From the IMG/VR virus record IMGVR_UViG_3300046779_001269, positions 112,025-176,024 of that record: 64,000 bases of DNA, one strand, 5' to 3'. Positions 21,956 through 30,948 of this stretch are shown in pieces. Within the stretch, counting starts at the first letter, position 1. Each line of letters begins with the position of its first letter. The DNA comes from a virus. A program made the translations under genes and the position numbers. The notes beneath the pieces were generated by a model. That model did not search any database. It was not told where the DNA came from and saw nothing but the letters and a program-made list of their open reading frames with translations.

Positions 21956-22899
21956 TAGTATCCTTTGTTGACCATGTTTCTATCAACAATTGTTGTTTCT
22001 CTTAGATTCAATAATAGTGATGTTTGCACTGGACTACCATCAGTATGAGCTGCCCAACCGTTTGGTGCATAATTTATATCAATACCTTCAATAAAACATT
22101 CAGCAATCTTACCTATATGTGTATTTTCTTTACCATTGAACAAAAATTTAACTTTCAAAACTGATGGTGGTGTAAAGAACATACCAGCCGTGCCTTCAAC
22201 TAACTTTGGTCTAGAGTGTTCTTTCAACAATTGAATTATCTGTTCTACATCCTTAGATTCTTGTTGCGAATAAGGTGTAAATGTGAAAGCAAAAGAGAAG
22301 TTTCTCAAATCAATGCCGTTGAATAACAACTGTTGTTGTGGGTTCACTGCGTATCCTAATGCACGAGTTGCCAATGTTGGTAGTCCTGTAGAAGCTAATG
22401 AAGAAACGGCACCCATCAATTTACTACCAAATTTTGCCAAAGCACCTGATTTTTTGCCTGCTGTTGGAATTGTACCCATCAATTTTTGTGCCACATCGGT
22501 GACAGAAACACTATCAAAACTTGCATTGTATGTAAAGTTAACTGTATCTGGTATATACAAATGAATTGTGGCAACAGTCTTGGTTTTTCTTGGTGTTATG
22601 TTTAATCCGTTTTTATTTGCTTCAATGGCTTTGTTGAACCCTTCTTTGAGTTTTTCCATAGATGCATCTCCAACTGTTTTCGCAACATCACGAACAGTTT
22701 GGGTTGAAATTTCGATTGGTTGTATTTCTTCAATAGTAAATTCAATCACATGACCTTTTCCTGAAGATTCCAAGTCTCTTGGATATTTCAGAAATGTGTG
22801 ATTGTATTTCGACTGGTAGAGTTTACTTAGTGGTCCGTTGATGACTTTACCCGGAATAGAAATACCGGCAACGGAAGTTGGTATTGAAATAATGGCCAT
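21955..22899 (-). CDS. gp48: baseplate tail-tube cap gp48
   Basis: LKYPRDL, NPQQQLLFNGIDLRNFSFAFTFTP, C-terminal L.L.ET. Confidence 0.8.
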   Translation of the reverse strand: MAIISIPTSVAGISIPGKVINGPLSKLYQSKYNHTFLKYPRDLESSGKGHVIEFTIEEIQPIEISTQTVRDVAKTVGDASMEKLKEGFNKAIEANKNGLNITPRKTKTVATIHLYIPDTVNFTYNASFDSVSVTDVAQKLMGTIPTAGKKSGALAKFGSKLMGAVSSLASTGLPTLATRALGYAVNPQQQLLFNGIDLRNFSFAFTFTPYSQQESKDVEQIIQLLKEHSRPKLVEGTAGMFFTPPSVLKVKFLFNGKENTHIGKIAECFIEGIDINYAPNGWAAHTDGSPVQTSLLLNLRETTIVDRNMVNKGY

Positions 22900-22934
22900 T
22901 ATTTTCTTTGTAAAAATTGTTATACATACTATTT

Positions 22935-23366
22935 ATGGCATATTCAGGAACATTCAAACCTAGGAATCCATCAAAGTACATTGGAGACCACACAAATATC
23001 ATCTATCGCTCATCATGGGAATGTAGAGTGATGGACTGGCTCGACCGCAATCCAAACATCATATCGTGGGCATCTGAAGAACTTGTCGTGCCTTACAAGT
23101 CACCTGTCGATGGTCGTTTTCATCGTTATTTCCCAGATTTTGTTGTTAAAGTCAAGACTAGAATGGGAACCAAGACGATGATGTTGGAAGTCAAACCAAA
23201 AAAACAGACAAGAGAACCTGAAAAGAAGAAACGAATCACCAAACAGTACATACAAGAAGTGACTACATGGGGTGTCAATCAAGCCAAATGGAAAGCGGCT
23301 AATGAATATTGCTTGGACCGTGGTTGGGAATTCAAAATACTGACGGAAGACGACCTAGGTCTCTAA
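22935..23366 (+). CDS. gp4: head completion nuclease gp4
   Basis: MAYSGTFKPRNP.KY.GD..NIIYRSSWE, HRYFPDF, EVKP, NQAKW.AA; start taken at 22935. Confidence 0.9.
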   Translation: MAYSGTFKPRNPSKYIGDHTNIIYRSSWECRVMDWLDRNPNIISWASEELVVPYKSPVDGRFHRYFPDFVVKVKTRMGTKTMMLEVKPKKQTREPEKKKRITKQYIQEVTTWGVNQAKWKAANEYCLDRGWEFKILTEDDLGL

Positions 23367-23378
23367 ACTAAATAGTAG

Positions 23379-23978
23379 ATGCAATCAATTCTAAAATCCT
23401 TAGCTGAAGAAAAAACAGCAGCCCAACTACAATTTTTGAGCCGTGCTTCAATGAACTGGCTCACGGATCGTATTAATGAATTGAGAAATCCCAGAGCCAT
23501 ACCACGACAAATCAGCCGTGACAACAATCGTTTTGTCACCAGATTTTTACTTGGCGGACTATATTTCTTCTATTATGATCCAAAAACTAAGGCGGATTTA
23601 CCATATTATGACAGATTCCCTTTAGTTTTGATGTTGGAAAGATATCCAGATGGATTTTTGGGATTGAACCTACATTACCTACCGATTAAACAACGTGCGG
23701 CATTATTGAAAAAATTGGTAGATTATGGTGGTGTCTACACCGATAATAACGAAATACAGCGTGTTCGTATCACCTATGACATCCTAAACACGGCCAGACG
23801 ATTCAAAGAGTTCAGACCATGTCTAAAGAAGTACCTGTATACAAACCTAGATTCCAGGATACTTGCCGTACAACCAAACGAATGGGAAGTGGCAACTTAC
23901 CTACCCATACAACAATTCAGAGGTGCTCAACCAAAACAGGTTTGGCAAGATTCATTACAAGAAATAAGGAAGTCATAA
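23379..23978 (+). CDS. gp2: DNA end protector gp2
   Basis: YDPKTK..LPYYDRFPLV, GLNLHYLP. Confidence 0.9.
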   Translation: MQSILKSLAEEKTAAQLQFLSRASMNWLTDRINELRNPRAIPRQISRDNNRFVTRFLLGGLYFFYYDPKTKADLPYYDRFPLVLMLERYPDGFLGLNLHYLPIKQRAALLKKLVDYGGVYTDNNEIQRVRITYDILNTARRFKEFRPCLKKYLYTNLDSRILAVQPNEWEVATYLPIQQFRGAQPKQVWQDSLQEIRKS

Positions 23979-24647
23979 ATGGCAGGATCCATTAACGATT
24001 TTAAGGCCAGTTTTAAACAGGACTTAGCAAGACCAAACAGATTCGATGTGAACATTCCTGTTCCATTGACTTTAATTCCTTACCTGAAAACAGCAAGTGG
24101 TTTAACATATCGTTGTGAAAATGCTAATTTGCCAGGAAGAACATTCGCAACAACAGAACAAAAGACATATGGTCCAGTTGAAAAATTGCCGTATCTTTCT
24201 ACTTTCACAGACATAGATTTGACCTTTATTGTTGATGATGATATGAGTCAAAAGATTTTCTTCGATTCGTGGTTGAACTTCATCAACCCACAATTCAACA
24301 ACAATTATAGATTCAAAGAAGATTATGCAACAACTTTGACTGTAAACCAATACGATGTTTCAAATGAGTTGACTTATTCTGTCAACTTGTATGATGCTTT
24401 TCCTGTTTCTATGAATCAAATGGACTTGGATTGGTCTAGTGATGGTCACCATAAATTGATTGTGACCTTTGCATACACATATTGGAAGAACAACTCTCTA
24501 CAAGCACTTGGTATGGAAATGTTGGACTCGGCGATTGGTTCACTCACATCATCACTTGGTGGTTTAGGTGGCTCTGCTGCAGGTGGTATTTCAACAGGCC
24601 TAAGTGATTTGACCAACCGTATTGATATTGGACGTACATTTAAATAA
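23979..24647 (+). CDS. gp54: tail tube initiator gp54 (gp19-like fold)
   Basis: LARPNRFDV, CE.ANLPGR, L.DAFP.SM.Q.DL; syntenic with gp2 and gp26. Confidence 0.7.
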   Translation: MAGSINDFKASFKQDLARPNRFDVNIPVPLTLIPYLKTASGLTYRCENANLPGRTFATTEQKTYGPVEKLPYLSTFTDIDLTFIVDDDMSQKIFFDSWLNFINPQFNNNYRFKEDYATTLTVNQYDVSNELTYSVNLYDAFPVSMNQMDLDWSSDGHHKLIVTFAYTYWKNNSLQALGMEMLDSAIGSLTSSLGGLGGSAAGGISTGLSDLTNRIDIGRTFK

Positions 24648-24663
24648 TTTATAGGAGTATATA

Positions 24664-25389
24664 ATGGCTTTACCAAAAATTGATGTGCCAACATATGAAA
24701 TTGAATTGCCAATTTCAAAGAAGAAGATAAAGTATAGACCTTTCTTGGTGAAAGAACAGAGAAACCTGTTAATGTCTATTGAATCTAATGAGACAAACAC
24801 GATTCAAAATAGTATTCGTGACATTTTAAATAATTGTACAATCACCGAAGGCGTTGACATTGAATCTCTACCAATTATAGATGTTGAATATTATTTCATT
24901 CATCTAAGAGCCAAGTCGGTAGGTGAAATTGTCGAATCTCGTTATCGTTGCAACAATGAAGTTGAAGATAAGACTTGCAACAACATTATGGAAAAAAACA
25001 TAGACCTGATGAACATTAAAGTGCATCAGGATAAAGTCGTTAGTCCAGAGATACAATTAACTGATACCATTTCAATCAAAATGAAGTATCCAGAATTTGG
25101 TGTTGTTGGTCAATCATTGGAATACAACAATATTAACGATATTACTTTCAATATGATTGCACAAAGTATTGAGTACATTTATGATGGTGAACAATTCTAT
25201 TATGCAAAAGAGTCTACACCTAAAGAAATGCTTGAGTTTGTTGAAGGACTGAATCAGTCACAGTTTGAAAAGATTGAAGATTTCTTCACCAATCTACCAA
25301 AATTATCTGAAAAAATTGAAATGACATGTAGTAAGTGCGGTTTCCACCACACGATTGAGGTGGAAGGGTTAGAAAATTTTTTCGGTTAA
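24664..25389 (+). CDS. gp26: baseplate hub assembly protein gp26
   Basis: MALPKI..PTYE..LP, KYRPFLVKEQ, LRAKSVGE, CxxC near the C-terminus, ends EGLENFFG. Confidence 0.88.
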   Translation: MALPKIDVPTYEIELPISKKKIKYRPFLVKEQRNLLMSIESNETNTIQNSIRDILNNCTITEGVDIESLPIIDVEYYFIHLRAKSVGEIVESRYRCNNEVEDKTCNNIMEKNIDLMNIKVHQDKVVSPEIQLTDTISIKMKYPEFGVVGQSLEYNNINDITFNMIAQSIEYIYDGEQFYYAKESTPKEMLEFVEGLNQSQFEKIEDFFTNLPKLSEKIEMTCSKCGFHHTIEVEGLENFFG

Positions 25390-25571
25390 TACTTCGTCAT
25401 GATAACTTAGCAAATTACTATAAGACTAACTTTTCATTGATGCAACACCATAAGTATAGTCTTAGTGAACTTGAAAATATGATGCCATGGGAAAGAGACA
25501 TTTATGTTTCTATGTTGATTCAGTATATTGAAGAAGAAAATAGAAAGATTAAAGAGAGACAAAAAAAGTAA
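25383..25571 (+). CDS. gp51: gp51 baseplate hub assembly catalyst, probably reached by -1 frameshift from gp26
   Basis: not in ORF track; -1 frame reads RLILRHDNLANYYKTNFSLMQHHKYSLSELENMMPWERDIYVSMLIQYIEEENRKIKERQKK*; first ATG (25440) lies inside the conserved motif. Confidence 0.8.
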   Translation, partial: RLILRHDNLANYYKTNFSLMQHHKYSLSELENMMPWERDIYVSMLIQYIEEENRKIKERQKK

Positions 25572-26867
25572 ATGCCTAAGAAAAAAATGTCTTCCGAAGC
25601 CACAAAAAAGGCATCACAATTAACAAACCAATTTAGTTCCGTTTCAGCGAACAAATTGGGAACACCCGAGCAAACAAACATTGTGTCGGTAGATATTCTT
25701 GGTCGAATATATGACCTCTTAGTTAAAACACAAAAATACAAAAAGATACAGTCACAGTTAGATTTGAATTTTTTAGAAACCAAAGCTCTAGAAGAAGAAC
25801 TTAGAAACCGTGAAATCATCAAGGCATTAACTGGTAAAGTAAAAAAACCAAAACCAAAAGTTGAACGACCAAAGGCGGAAAAACCAAAAGTTGAACCAAC
25901 ACCAAAACCAGAACCAAAACCAGAACCAAAGCCAGCACCAAAGCCAGCACCAAAACCAGAACCGAAGCCAGCACCAAAACCAGAACCAAAACCAAAGGTT
26001 GAACCAGCGCCAACACCGAAAGTTGAGCCAACTGCAAGACCGACTGTAACAAAACCAATAATACCACCACCTAAGTTTTCCGGTGGCAAAGCTTTAGTTT
26101 TCGCTGCATTGTTGTCTGCTGGTTTTGCTGGTGCTGCAATACCAAATATAATGGCCAATGTATCTGCTGAAAGTAATTTCAACCCTAGAAGTGAAGGTGT
26201 GCCATCACCCGAAAAAATATTTTCCATGTTTGGTCCACAGGGTGTTCCGGGTGGCCAACCAAAAAATGGAAAAAATCGAGTCAGATTTCAAACTTTGCAA
26301 GATGCAAAAGACATTGTTGCAGCAGGACCAGAAGCATACTTCAATAAAGTGTATGATGGAAGAATGGGCAACACAGTTCCAGGTGATGGTTTTAAATATC
26401 GTGGAAGAGGTTTCATACAAATTACAGGAAAATATATGTATGAACGAGTTGGCAAAATGATAGGTGTTGACCTTGTTCAAAATCCAGATTTGGCCAATGA
26501 ACCTGAAATTGCAGCCAAAATTATTCCTGCTTTCTTTAAAATAAAAGCAAAAGAAAGAAATATTAGTGAAGAAGAATATAACAAAATAGATACCGTTAAT
26601 TCTACTGTGGGATATGCCGACACTGCATCAGCCGCAAAGAGAATTAAAATGGCCGAACAATTTAAGTCTGAAATTTCTACTGGTCAACAATTGAACAATT
26701 CATCGCAAGAGAATATTGATGTGAAAAAAGAAATGCAAAGACAAAATGATGTAAATGCACAGATACAAATAAACAACAATTCTTCAACTTCTAGTCAACC
26801 ACAAACAATTAATAGACCGAAAGTTGATGATAGACCTGCTATGATGAAAAAGGCACAGGAACAATAA
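25572..26867 (+). CDS. virion hub / tape-measure-region protein with Pro-rich linker and GH19 lysozyme domain
   Basis: KPEP/KPAP repeats; GNTVPGDGFKYRGRGFIQITGK.MY...NPDL is the GH19 signature. Confidence 0.75.
   Translation: MPKKKMSSEATKKASQLTNQFSSVSANKLGTPEQTNIVSVDILGRIYDLLVKTQKYKKIQSQLDLNFLETKALEEELRNREIIKALTGKVKKPKPKVERPKAEKPKVEPTPKPEPKPEPKPAPKPAPKPEPKPAPKPEPKPKVEPAPTPKVEPTARPTVTKPIIPPPKFSGGKALVFAALLSAGFAGAAIPNIMANVSAESNFNPRSEGVPSPEKIFSMFGPQGVPGGQPKNGKNRVRFQTLQDAKDIVAAGPEAYFNKVYDGRMGNTVPGDGFKYRGRGFIQITGKYMYERVGKMIGVDLVQNPDLANEPEIAAKIIPAFFKIKAKERNISEEEYNKIDTVNSTVGYADTASAAKRIKMAEQFKSEISTGQQLNNSSQENIDVKKEMQRQNDVNAQIQINNNSSTSSQPQTINRPKVDDRPAMMKKAQEQ
25845..26030 (+). repeat. 12-bp coding tandem repeat encoding (K-P-E/A-P)n
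   Basis: CCAAAACCAGAA and CCAAAGCCAGCA units. Confidence 0.85.
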
Positions 26868-28054
26868 TGGAACTATCTCTATCACCAAATACAAAAAGAA
26901 AAACAACTTCTTACAAAAAAAAGTTTGAAGGTGAAAATATCGCCAAGTTTTTAACTGGTGAATATTCTTTTAAGGCCACATCAGGTAAAGGCACCAAAAA
27001 AGGTGGTAAAACTGTTCGTTCTAAAGTCAAATCAGCACCAGTTAAAGCCACAAAAATATCACCTTTGGAACAACCTGATGGAATGGTTGATGTGTTGAGT
27101 AAAATATTGACATTCATGCAAAAAAGTTTTGATGATGATGTTAAGTCTCGTGAGTTGTTGAAAAATTATCAAGAAGAAAATGCTCTTGAGGCCAGCAAAA
27201 GACATAAAGCTTTATTGGATGTACTGAAAACTCTTAGACCAATGGACTCAAAAGATGAAAAAACTGCTGAAAAAATAGAACAAGAAATTGGTGCGGGACC
27301 TTTCGACATAATTCAAAATATATTAGAATCTTTTGGTGGCGCAAAAACTGGATTGCAATTGCTGGGAAGAATTGGTAAATTTTTTGTTGCTACACCATTG
27401 GGTATTGCTATTTTATCAGCAACAACATTACTCGAATTATTAAATAATGATAAAAATCCAGAAGCAACAACAAAAGTTATACTGGGTGCTGGTGATTCTT
27501 CTGTTTTGGGTGAAGCGATTTCTAATGCAAACGAACAACTGGGTGAACAATCTGTGGAAGACTACAACAAAATGTTGGAAGAACGCCGCACAGCACTTAA
27601 AGATGCGCCACTATTGACAAGGTTTTATGGTTCCGAAAATGCACAAAGAGAATACTTGCAATCCATCAATATGAAACCGGAAGAAATTAACAATCTTTTC
27701 ACCGAAACAAGAAAAATAGAACCAAAACAAACAACAACTACACAGAAACCAAATACTGAACAAGATAAGTTAAAGATGGCACATGAATCTGCCGTCAGAA
27801 CTGGAAATGCTGCATCATCAACACCAGTTATTCCAGAAATTGAAACTGGCCAACAAATATTAACAAAGTCTACCGAGAATGTACTTAGTCCATTGTTAGA
27901 AACATTGAATGAAAATATTGTGACAACAGTTAATAATGCAATGAATTCTAATGCAGGCGGCGAAGCTCCATTCTCTCCAGTACCTTTTGTACGCAACCAG
28001 GAACCAACCTTCATGCGTATGATATACAATTCAACAAGATTGGTCAACCAATAA
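26867..28054 (+). CDS. tape-measure-like (gp29 region) protein
   Basis: helical, central hydrophobic stretch (FFVATPLGIAILSATTLL); last late gene before convergent gp32. Confidence 0.45.
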   Translation: MELSLSPNTKRKTTSYKKKFEGENIAKFLTGEYSFKATSGKGTKKGGKTVRSKVKSAPVKATKISPLEQPDGMVDVLSKILTFMQKSFDDDVKSRELLKNYQEENALEASKRHKALLDVLKTLRPMDSKDEKTAEKIEQEIGAGPFDIIQNILESFGGAKTGLQLLGRIGKFFVATPLGIAILSATTLLELLNNDKNPEATTKVILGAGDSSVLGEAISNANEQLGEQSVEDYNKMLEERRTALKDAPLLTRFYGSENAQREYLQSINMKPEEINNLFTETRKIEPKQTTTTQKPNTEQDKLKMAHESAVRTGNAASSTPVIPEIETGQQILTKSTENVLSPLLETLNENIVTTVNNAMNSNAGGEAPFSPVPFVRNQEPTFMRMIYNSTRLVNQ

Positions 28055-28077
28055 AAAACCCCGCACTAGGCGGGGTT
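28053..28077 (-). terminator. intrinsic terminator of gp32, between convergent genes
   Basis: AACCCCGC-ACTAG-GCGGGGTT hairpin with a T-run on the minus strand. Confidence 0.85.
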
Positions 28078-28097
28078 AAACAGTTTACGACAACAGT

Positions 28098-28982
28098 TTA
28101 ATCTTCAGCTAACTTTGAGAAGTATGCCATGTCATCATCTTCTGATGATTGTGGTTCCCAAGGTGCATCATCAGCAGCAGGTTTTGCTTTTGGTGCAGCA
28201 GCCTTGATTGTTTCAACAGTAGTCTTAGGCATTTCAGAAGCACCCAAAACTTTCTCTAAACGAGCCTTCAAGTCATCATATGATTTGAATTCTTTGTCCT
28301 CTGTCAATACTGACAATGAGTGTTGAGACTTCCAAATCTTTTCAAGTTCATCATCGTCATCCAACAATGCTGATGGTGACATAAATTCAGACTTGTCATA
28401 GTTCTGATAACCAGCAACTTTAGTAATCTTCAACTTGAAGTTGGCACCTTTCCACAAATCAAATGGATTGATTGGTGTTTCATCTTCAAACTGTGGGTTC
28501 ATTGCCTCTGTAATCTTCTCAAAAATCTTGGCACCAAACTTGAACAATTTAACTTTGCCCTCGTTTTCTGGATGCTTTGGATCAGACACGATATACACAT
28601 TGGCGATGTAACTTAGTTTACGCTTTTGCTTACGAACAATATCTTTGTTCGCTTCAATGCCTGAGTTCCACAATTTGTTATTGTGTTCGCAAACAGGACA
28701 TTGTTGACCTTTTGTAGTTAAACACTTGTCGATTAACCAACCACCAGGTCCCTGAAATCCATGTTCAAAGATTTTTGCCCAAGGCAGACCATCATCACCA
28801 TCTACTGCTGCAGCTGGCAAGAAACGAATAGTAGCCATGCCGTTACCGGCTTTATCTACTTCTGGTCTCCAATAGTTCTCTTTGTCGGATTTACCGTCTG
28901 ACGAAGCGTTGAGTGCTTCTACGGCTTTAGTGAGTTTGTCCAGATTGCCTGAACTCTTTTTCAATTTGGCGAAATCTACCAT
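28098..28982 (-). CDS. gp32: single-stranded DNA-binding protein gp32
   Basis: GNG.ATIRFLPA, HGFQGPGGW..DKCLTT...CPVCE, PFDLWKGANFKLKI, acidic C-terminal tail. Confidence 0.95.
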   Translation of the reverse strand: MVDFAKLKKSSGNLDKLTKAVEALNASSDGKSDKENYWRPEVDKAGNGMATIRFLPAAAVDGDDGLPWAKIFEHGFQGPGGWLIDKCLTTKGQQCPVCEHNNKLWNSGIEANKDIVRKQKRKLSYIANVYIVSDPKHPENEGKVKLFKFGAKIFEKITEAMNPQFEDETPINPFDLWKGANFKLKITKVAGYQNYDKSEFMSPSALLDDDDELEKIWKSQHSLSVLTEDKEFKSYDDLKARLEKVLGASEMPKTTVETIKAAAPKAKPAADDAPWEPQSSEDDDMAYFSKLAED

Positions 28983-29066
28983 AATTTACCTTCTTTCTTA
29001 TTAAACGGAATATAACGGAATATAAACGGATTGTCCACTTTATGCATGATGTACATCTTTATTTAG
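28983..29066 (-). promoter_or_regulatory. gp32 leader: late promoter (CTAAATA) and 3x TCCGTT(T)A repeat, putative autogenous translational operator
   Basis: plus-strand AACGGA at 29004, 29014 and 29025; TAAATA-type element at 29066-29060. Confidence 0.55.
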
Positions 29067-29540
29067 GCAGCATTTTAACTCCGCCAAGGTTTGTTCGGTA
29101 TTTTTGTGATGAATACCAATCCCACCTGCGTTTCTCCAATCTTCAATAACACTCCAAGTGTCATCAATGATTACAGAATTTGGTGTCGCCCACTTGTACT
29201 TGTGGCGTTTTCCAGGTACAAAGTTTTGTTTCCAGGAAATGTTGTGTGTTGCAAGCCAACGAGCCTTTTGCATTGAAATACTTTCATATACTTCTTCGTA
29301 TGCTGTTGAAGATAGAATCTCTTTTGGTATAACATAGAGATCCAATACATCAATTAAATGACGAGCATCGTCCAAAATTTCTAATGTTGCAAACTGGTCA
29401 GTTTCAATGAAGTCTTTGAAGTTTGTTTTGAATGTACTGCGGCGTACTTCTTCCGAGATATGACCATATCGTTCTGTATATCGTTTCTCAAAGTTACATA
29501 GAACGCCATCCATATCAACATAGATTTTATCTATCTGCAT
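29040..29540 (-). CDS. HAD-family 5'(3')-deoxyribonucleotidase
   Basis: IYVDMDGVLCNF; IIDD...W..AGGIGIHH. Confidence 0.8.
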   Translation of the reverse strand: MQIDKIYVDMDGVLCNFEKRYTERYGHISEEVRRSTFKTNFKDFIETDQFATLEILDDARHLIDVLDLYVIPKEILSSTAYEEVYESISMQKARWLATHNISWKQNFVPGKRHKYKWATPNSVIIDDTWSVIEDWRNAGGIGIHHKNTEQTLAELKCCLNKDVHHA

Positions 29541-30147
29541 AGTCTTTCAAACTTTCTTTCAAAATGGACACAAACTTGTCCTTATCATAATTTACAAACG
29601 GAGAATAACCATCAATCTTTCTTTTCCATTCAGGCCAAACGATTGTGTCTGTAATCTTTTTGTCCCACATTGGTAGGAAATTTAGAGTGTCATTCAGTAT
29701 CACCAGTGTTTCAATACTAACATCATGGCCCCACACATATCGCAATAATTGTGGATGTTGTCCGTCTACAACCTTTAACGAATCATTTGGATTACCATCT
29801 GTTTCATCAAGTATATACATTATATCTTCTTTGAACCGATAAGTCAAGCTCTGGTTTCTTTTTTGCCAGTCTTTATAGTTCGATTCACCTTCTTCATTGG
29901 CAATCTCACCGATCCATGAAACATTCTTTACCAGGAAATTGGCAACATAGAAGTCCCTCAAGTCCTGTAAACTATATTTCCTGGATAGTTTGTAGAATGA
30001 ATATTTGTCCTTTCGGACGGCAAAGTTGGACTTTGATACGTTGGTTTTGCCACCATACTTAAAAAAATCGTAACTATCAGAAGTAAAATGAAGTTTAATC
30101 GCATTATATAGAGCAAAGGCAGAGAAGCCAGTGTTTTCAGTTATCAC
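29527..30147 (-). CDS. gp59: helicase loader gp59
   Basis: YNAIKLHFT...YDFFKYGGK, RKDKYSFYKLSRK, SIETLVIL. Confidence 0.88.
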   Translation of the reverse strand: MITENTGFSAFALYNAIKLHFTSDSYDFFKYGGKTNVSKSNFAVRKDKYSFYKLSRKYSLQDLRDFYVANFLVKNVSWIGEIANEEGESNYKDWQKRNQSLTYRFKEDIMYILDETDGNPNDSLKVVDGQHPQLLRYVWGHDVSIETLVILNDTLNFLPMWDKKITDTIVWPEWKRKIDGYSPFVNYDKDKFVSILKESLKDYADR

Positions 30148-30148
30148 A

Positions 30149-30730
30149 TTAAAGGTCCTTGATTAAGATTATCTTTTTGTTTTCACCTGTTGGTTTAACA
30201 AATAGTTCTTTCAATTCTTCACCAGTGTGCCATTTCATAGAAGATGATTTGTGTGCAGGTAGTCCAGCAGTTTCACCGATTTGTTTCCAATTATCGGCCA
30301 AATATACTGCACCGTTTTTACCGGCACCAACAAAGGTGATTATACATTTAAGGTCATCACCATATTTTTCTTTCCATGCACCTGGAGCTTTCTGTCTAAG
30401 TTGTTTCAATACTTGCGTACCAGCATTCTTGATTCTTTTACTGAAACAGAAACGCCAGTTATTGGCAATACTATTGAAAGCCACTTTGTATTCTTGCTTA
30501 GACATACCAAGGTGACGCAGTATATCCTTTGGTGGTGGATATACAGACGAACCAAGGCCAATCATGCCAATACATTCAGGCAGAACCATATCATCTTCTT
30601 GGTGATATATCAACCAATCTATTCTCCGACCAACGGATGAATTCGTAGGCACATAAGAATGATTGTTTTCAATAATATTTTTCACCAGTAATTTTTGTTC
30701 TGGTGTTTTCACCTGCACCAATTCAATCAT
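30149..30730 (-). CDS. Mom/DUF4338-like GNAT-fold protein
   Basis: NHSY, IANNWRF, ITFV, GAVYLADNWKQIGETAG resemble Mom/DUF4338 motifs. Confidence 0.55.
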   Translation of the reverse strand: MIELVQVKTPEQKLLVKNIIENNHSYVPTNSSVGRRIDWLIYHQEDDMVLPECIGMIGLGSSVYPPPKDILRHLGMSKQEYKVAFNSIANNWRFCFSKRIKNAGTQVLKQLRQKAPGAWKEKYGDDLKCIITFVGAGKNGAVYLADNWKQIGETAGLPAHKSSSMKWHTGEELKELFVKPTGENKKIILIKDL

Positions 30731-30948
30731 AGAGGCAGTTTGGATGTTTTCTTCAACAAATTAAGTTCTTGTGCTTCTTCACGAATTTTGGATTTAAGTG
30801 CCGAAGATATAAGTGTAGATGCAACATCCACTTCCATACCTGATTGTTCACAGTGATGGATGATTGCATCCATCCTTGTGATGTTATGTTCGGCAGCAAT
30901 TGAATTAATCAACTCACTAAATTCACTGATTTCATTTTTTGTAGGCAT
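30727..30948 (-). CDS. gp33: late transcription coactivator gp33
   Basis: MDAIIHHCEQ..MEVD.ASTLIS..LKSKIREEAQELNLLKKTSKLPL; start at 30948. Confidence 0.85.
   Translation of the reverse strand: MPTKNEISEFSELINSIAAEHNITRMDAIIHHCEQSGMEVDVASTLISSALKSKIREEAQELNLLKKTSKLPL

Noticed and set aside
80-22899. Many plus-strand ORFs of 60-110 aa opposite structural genes
   Set aside because: Antisense shadows produced by codon bias; they lack RBSs and recognisable motifs.
22935-23366. TnsA transposase or mobile endonuclease
   Set aside because: The fold is shared, but sequence and synteny match head completion gp4; no transposon ends.
25520-26227. 235-aa minus-strand ORF and the QNQN ORF at 25861
   Set aside because: Shadow frames of the Pro-Lys repeat in the real plus-strand gene.
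30149-30730. Druantia defence system
   Set aside because: Only a single small DUF4338/Mom-like gene; no DruE helicase or other partners.
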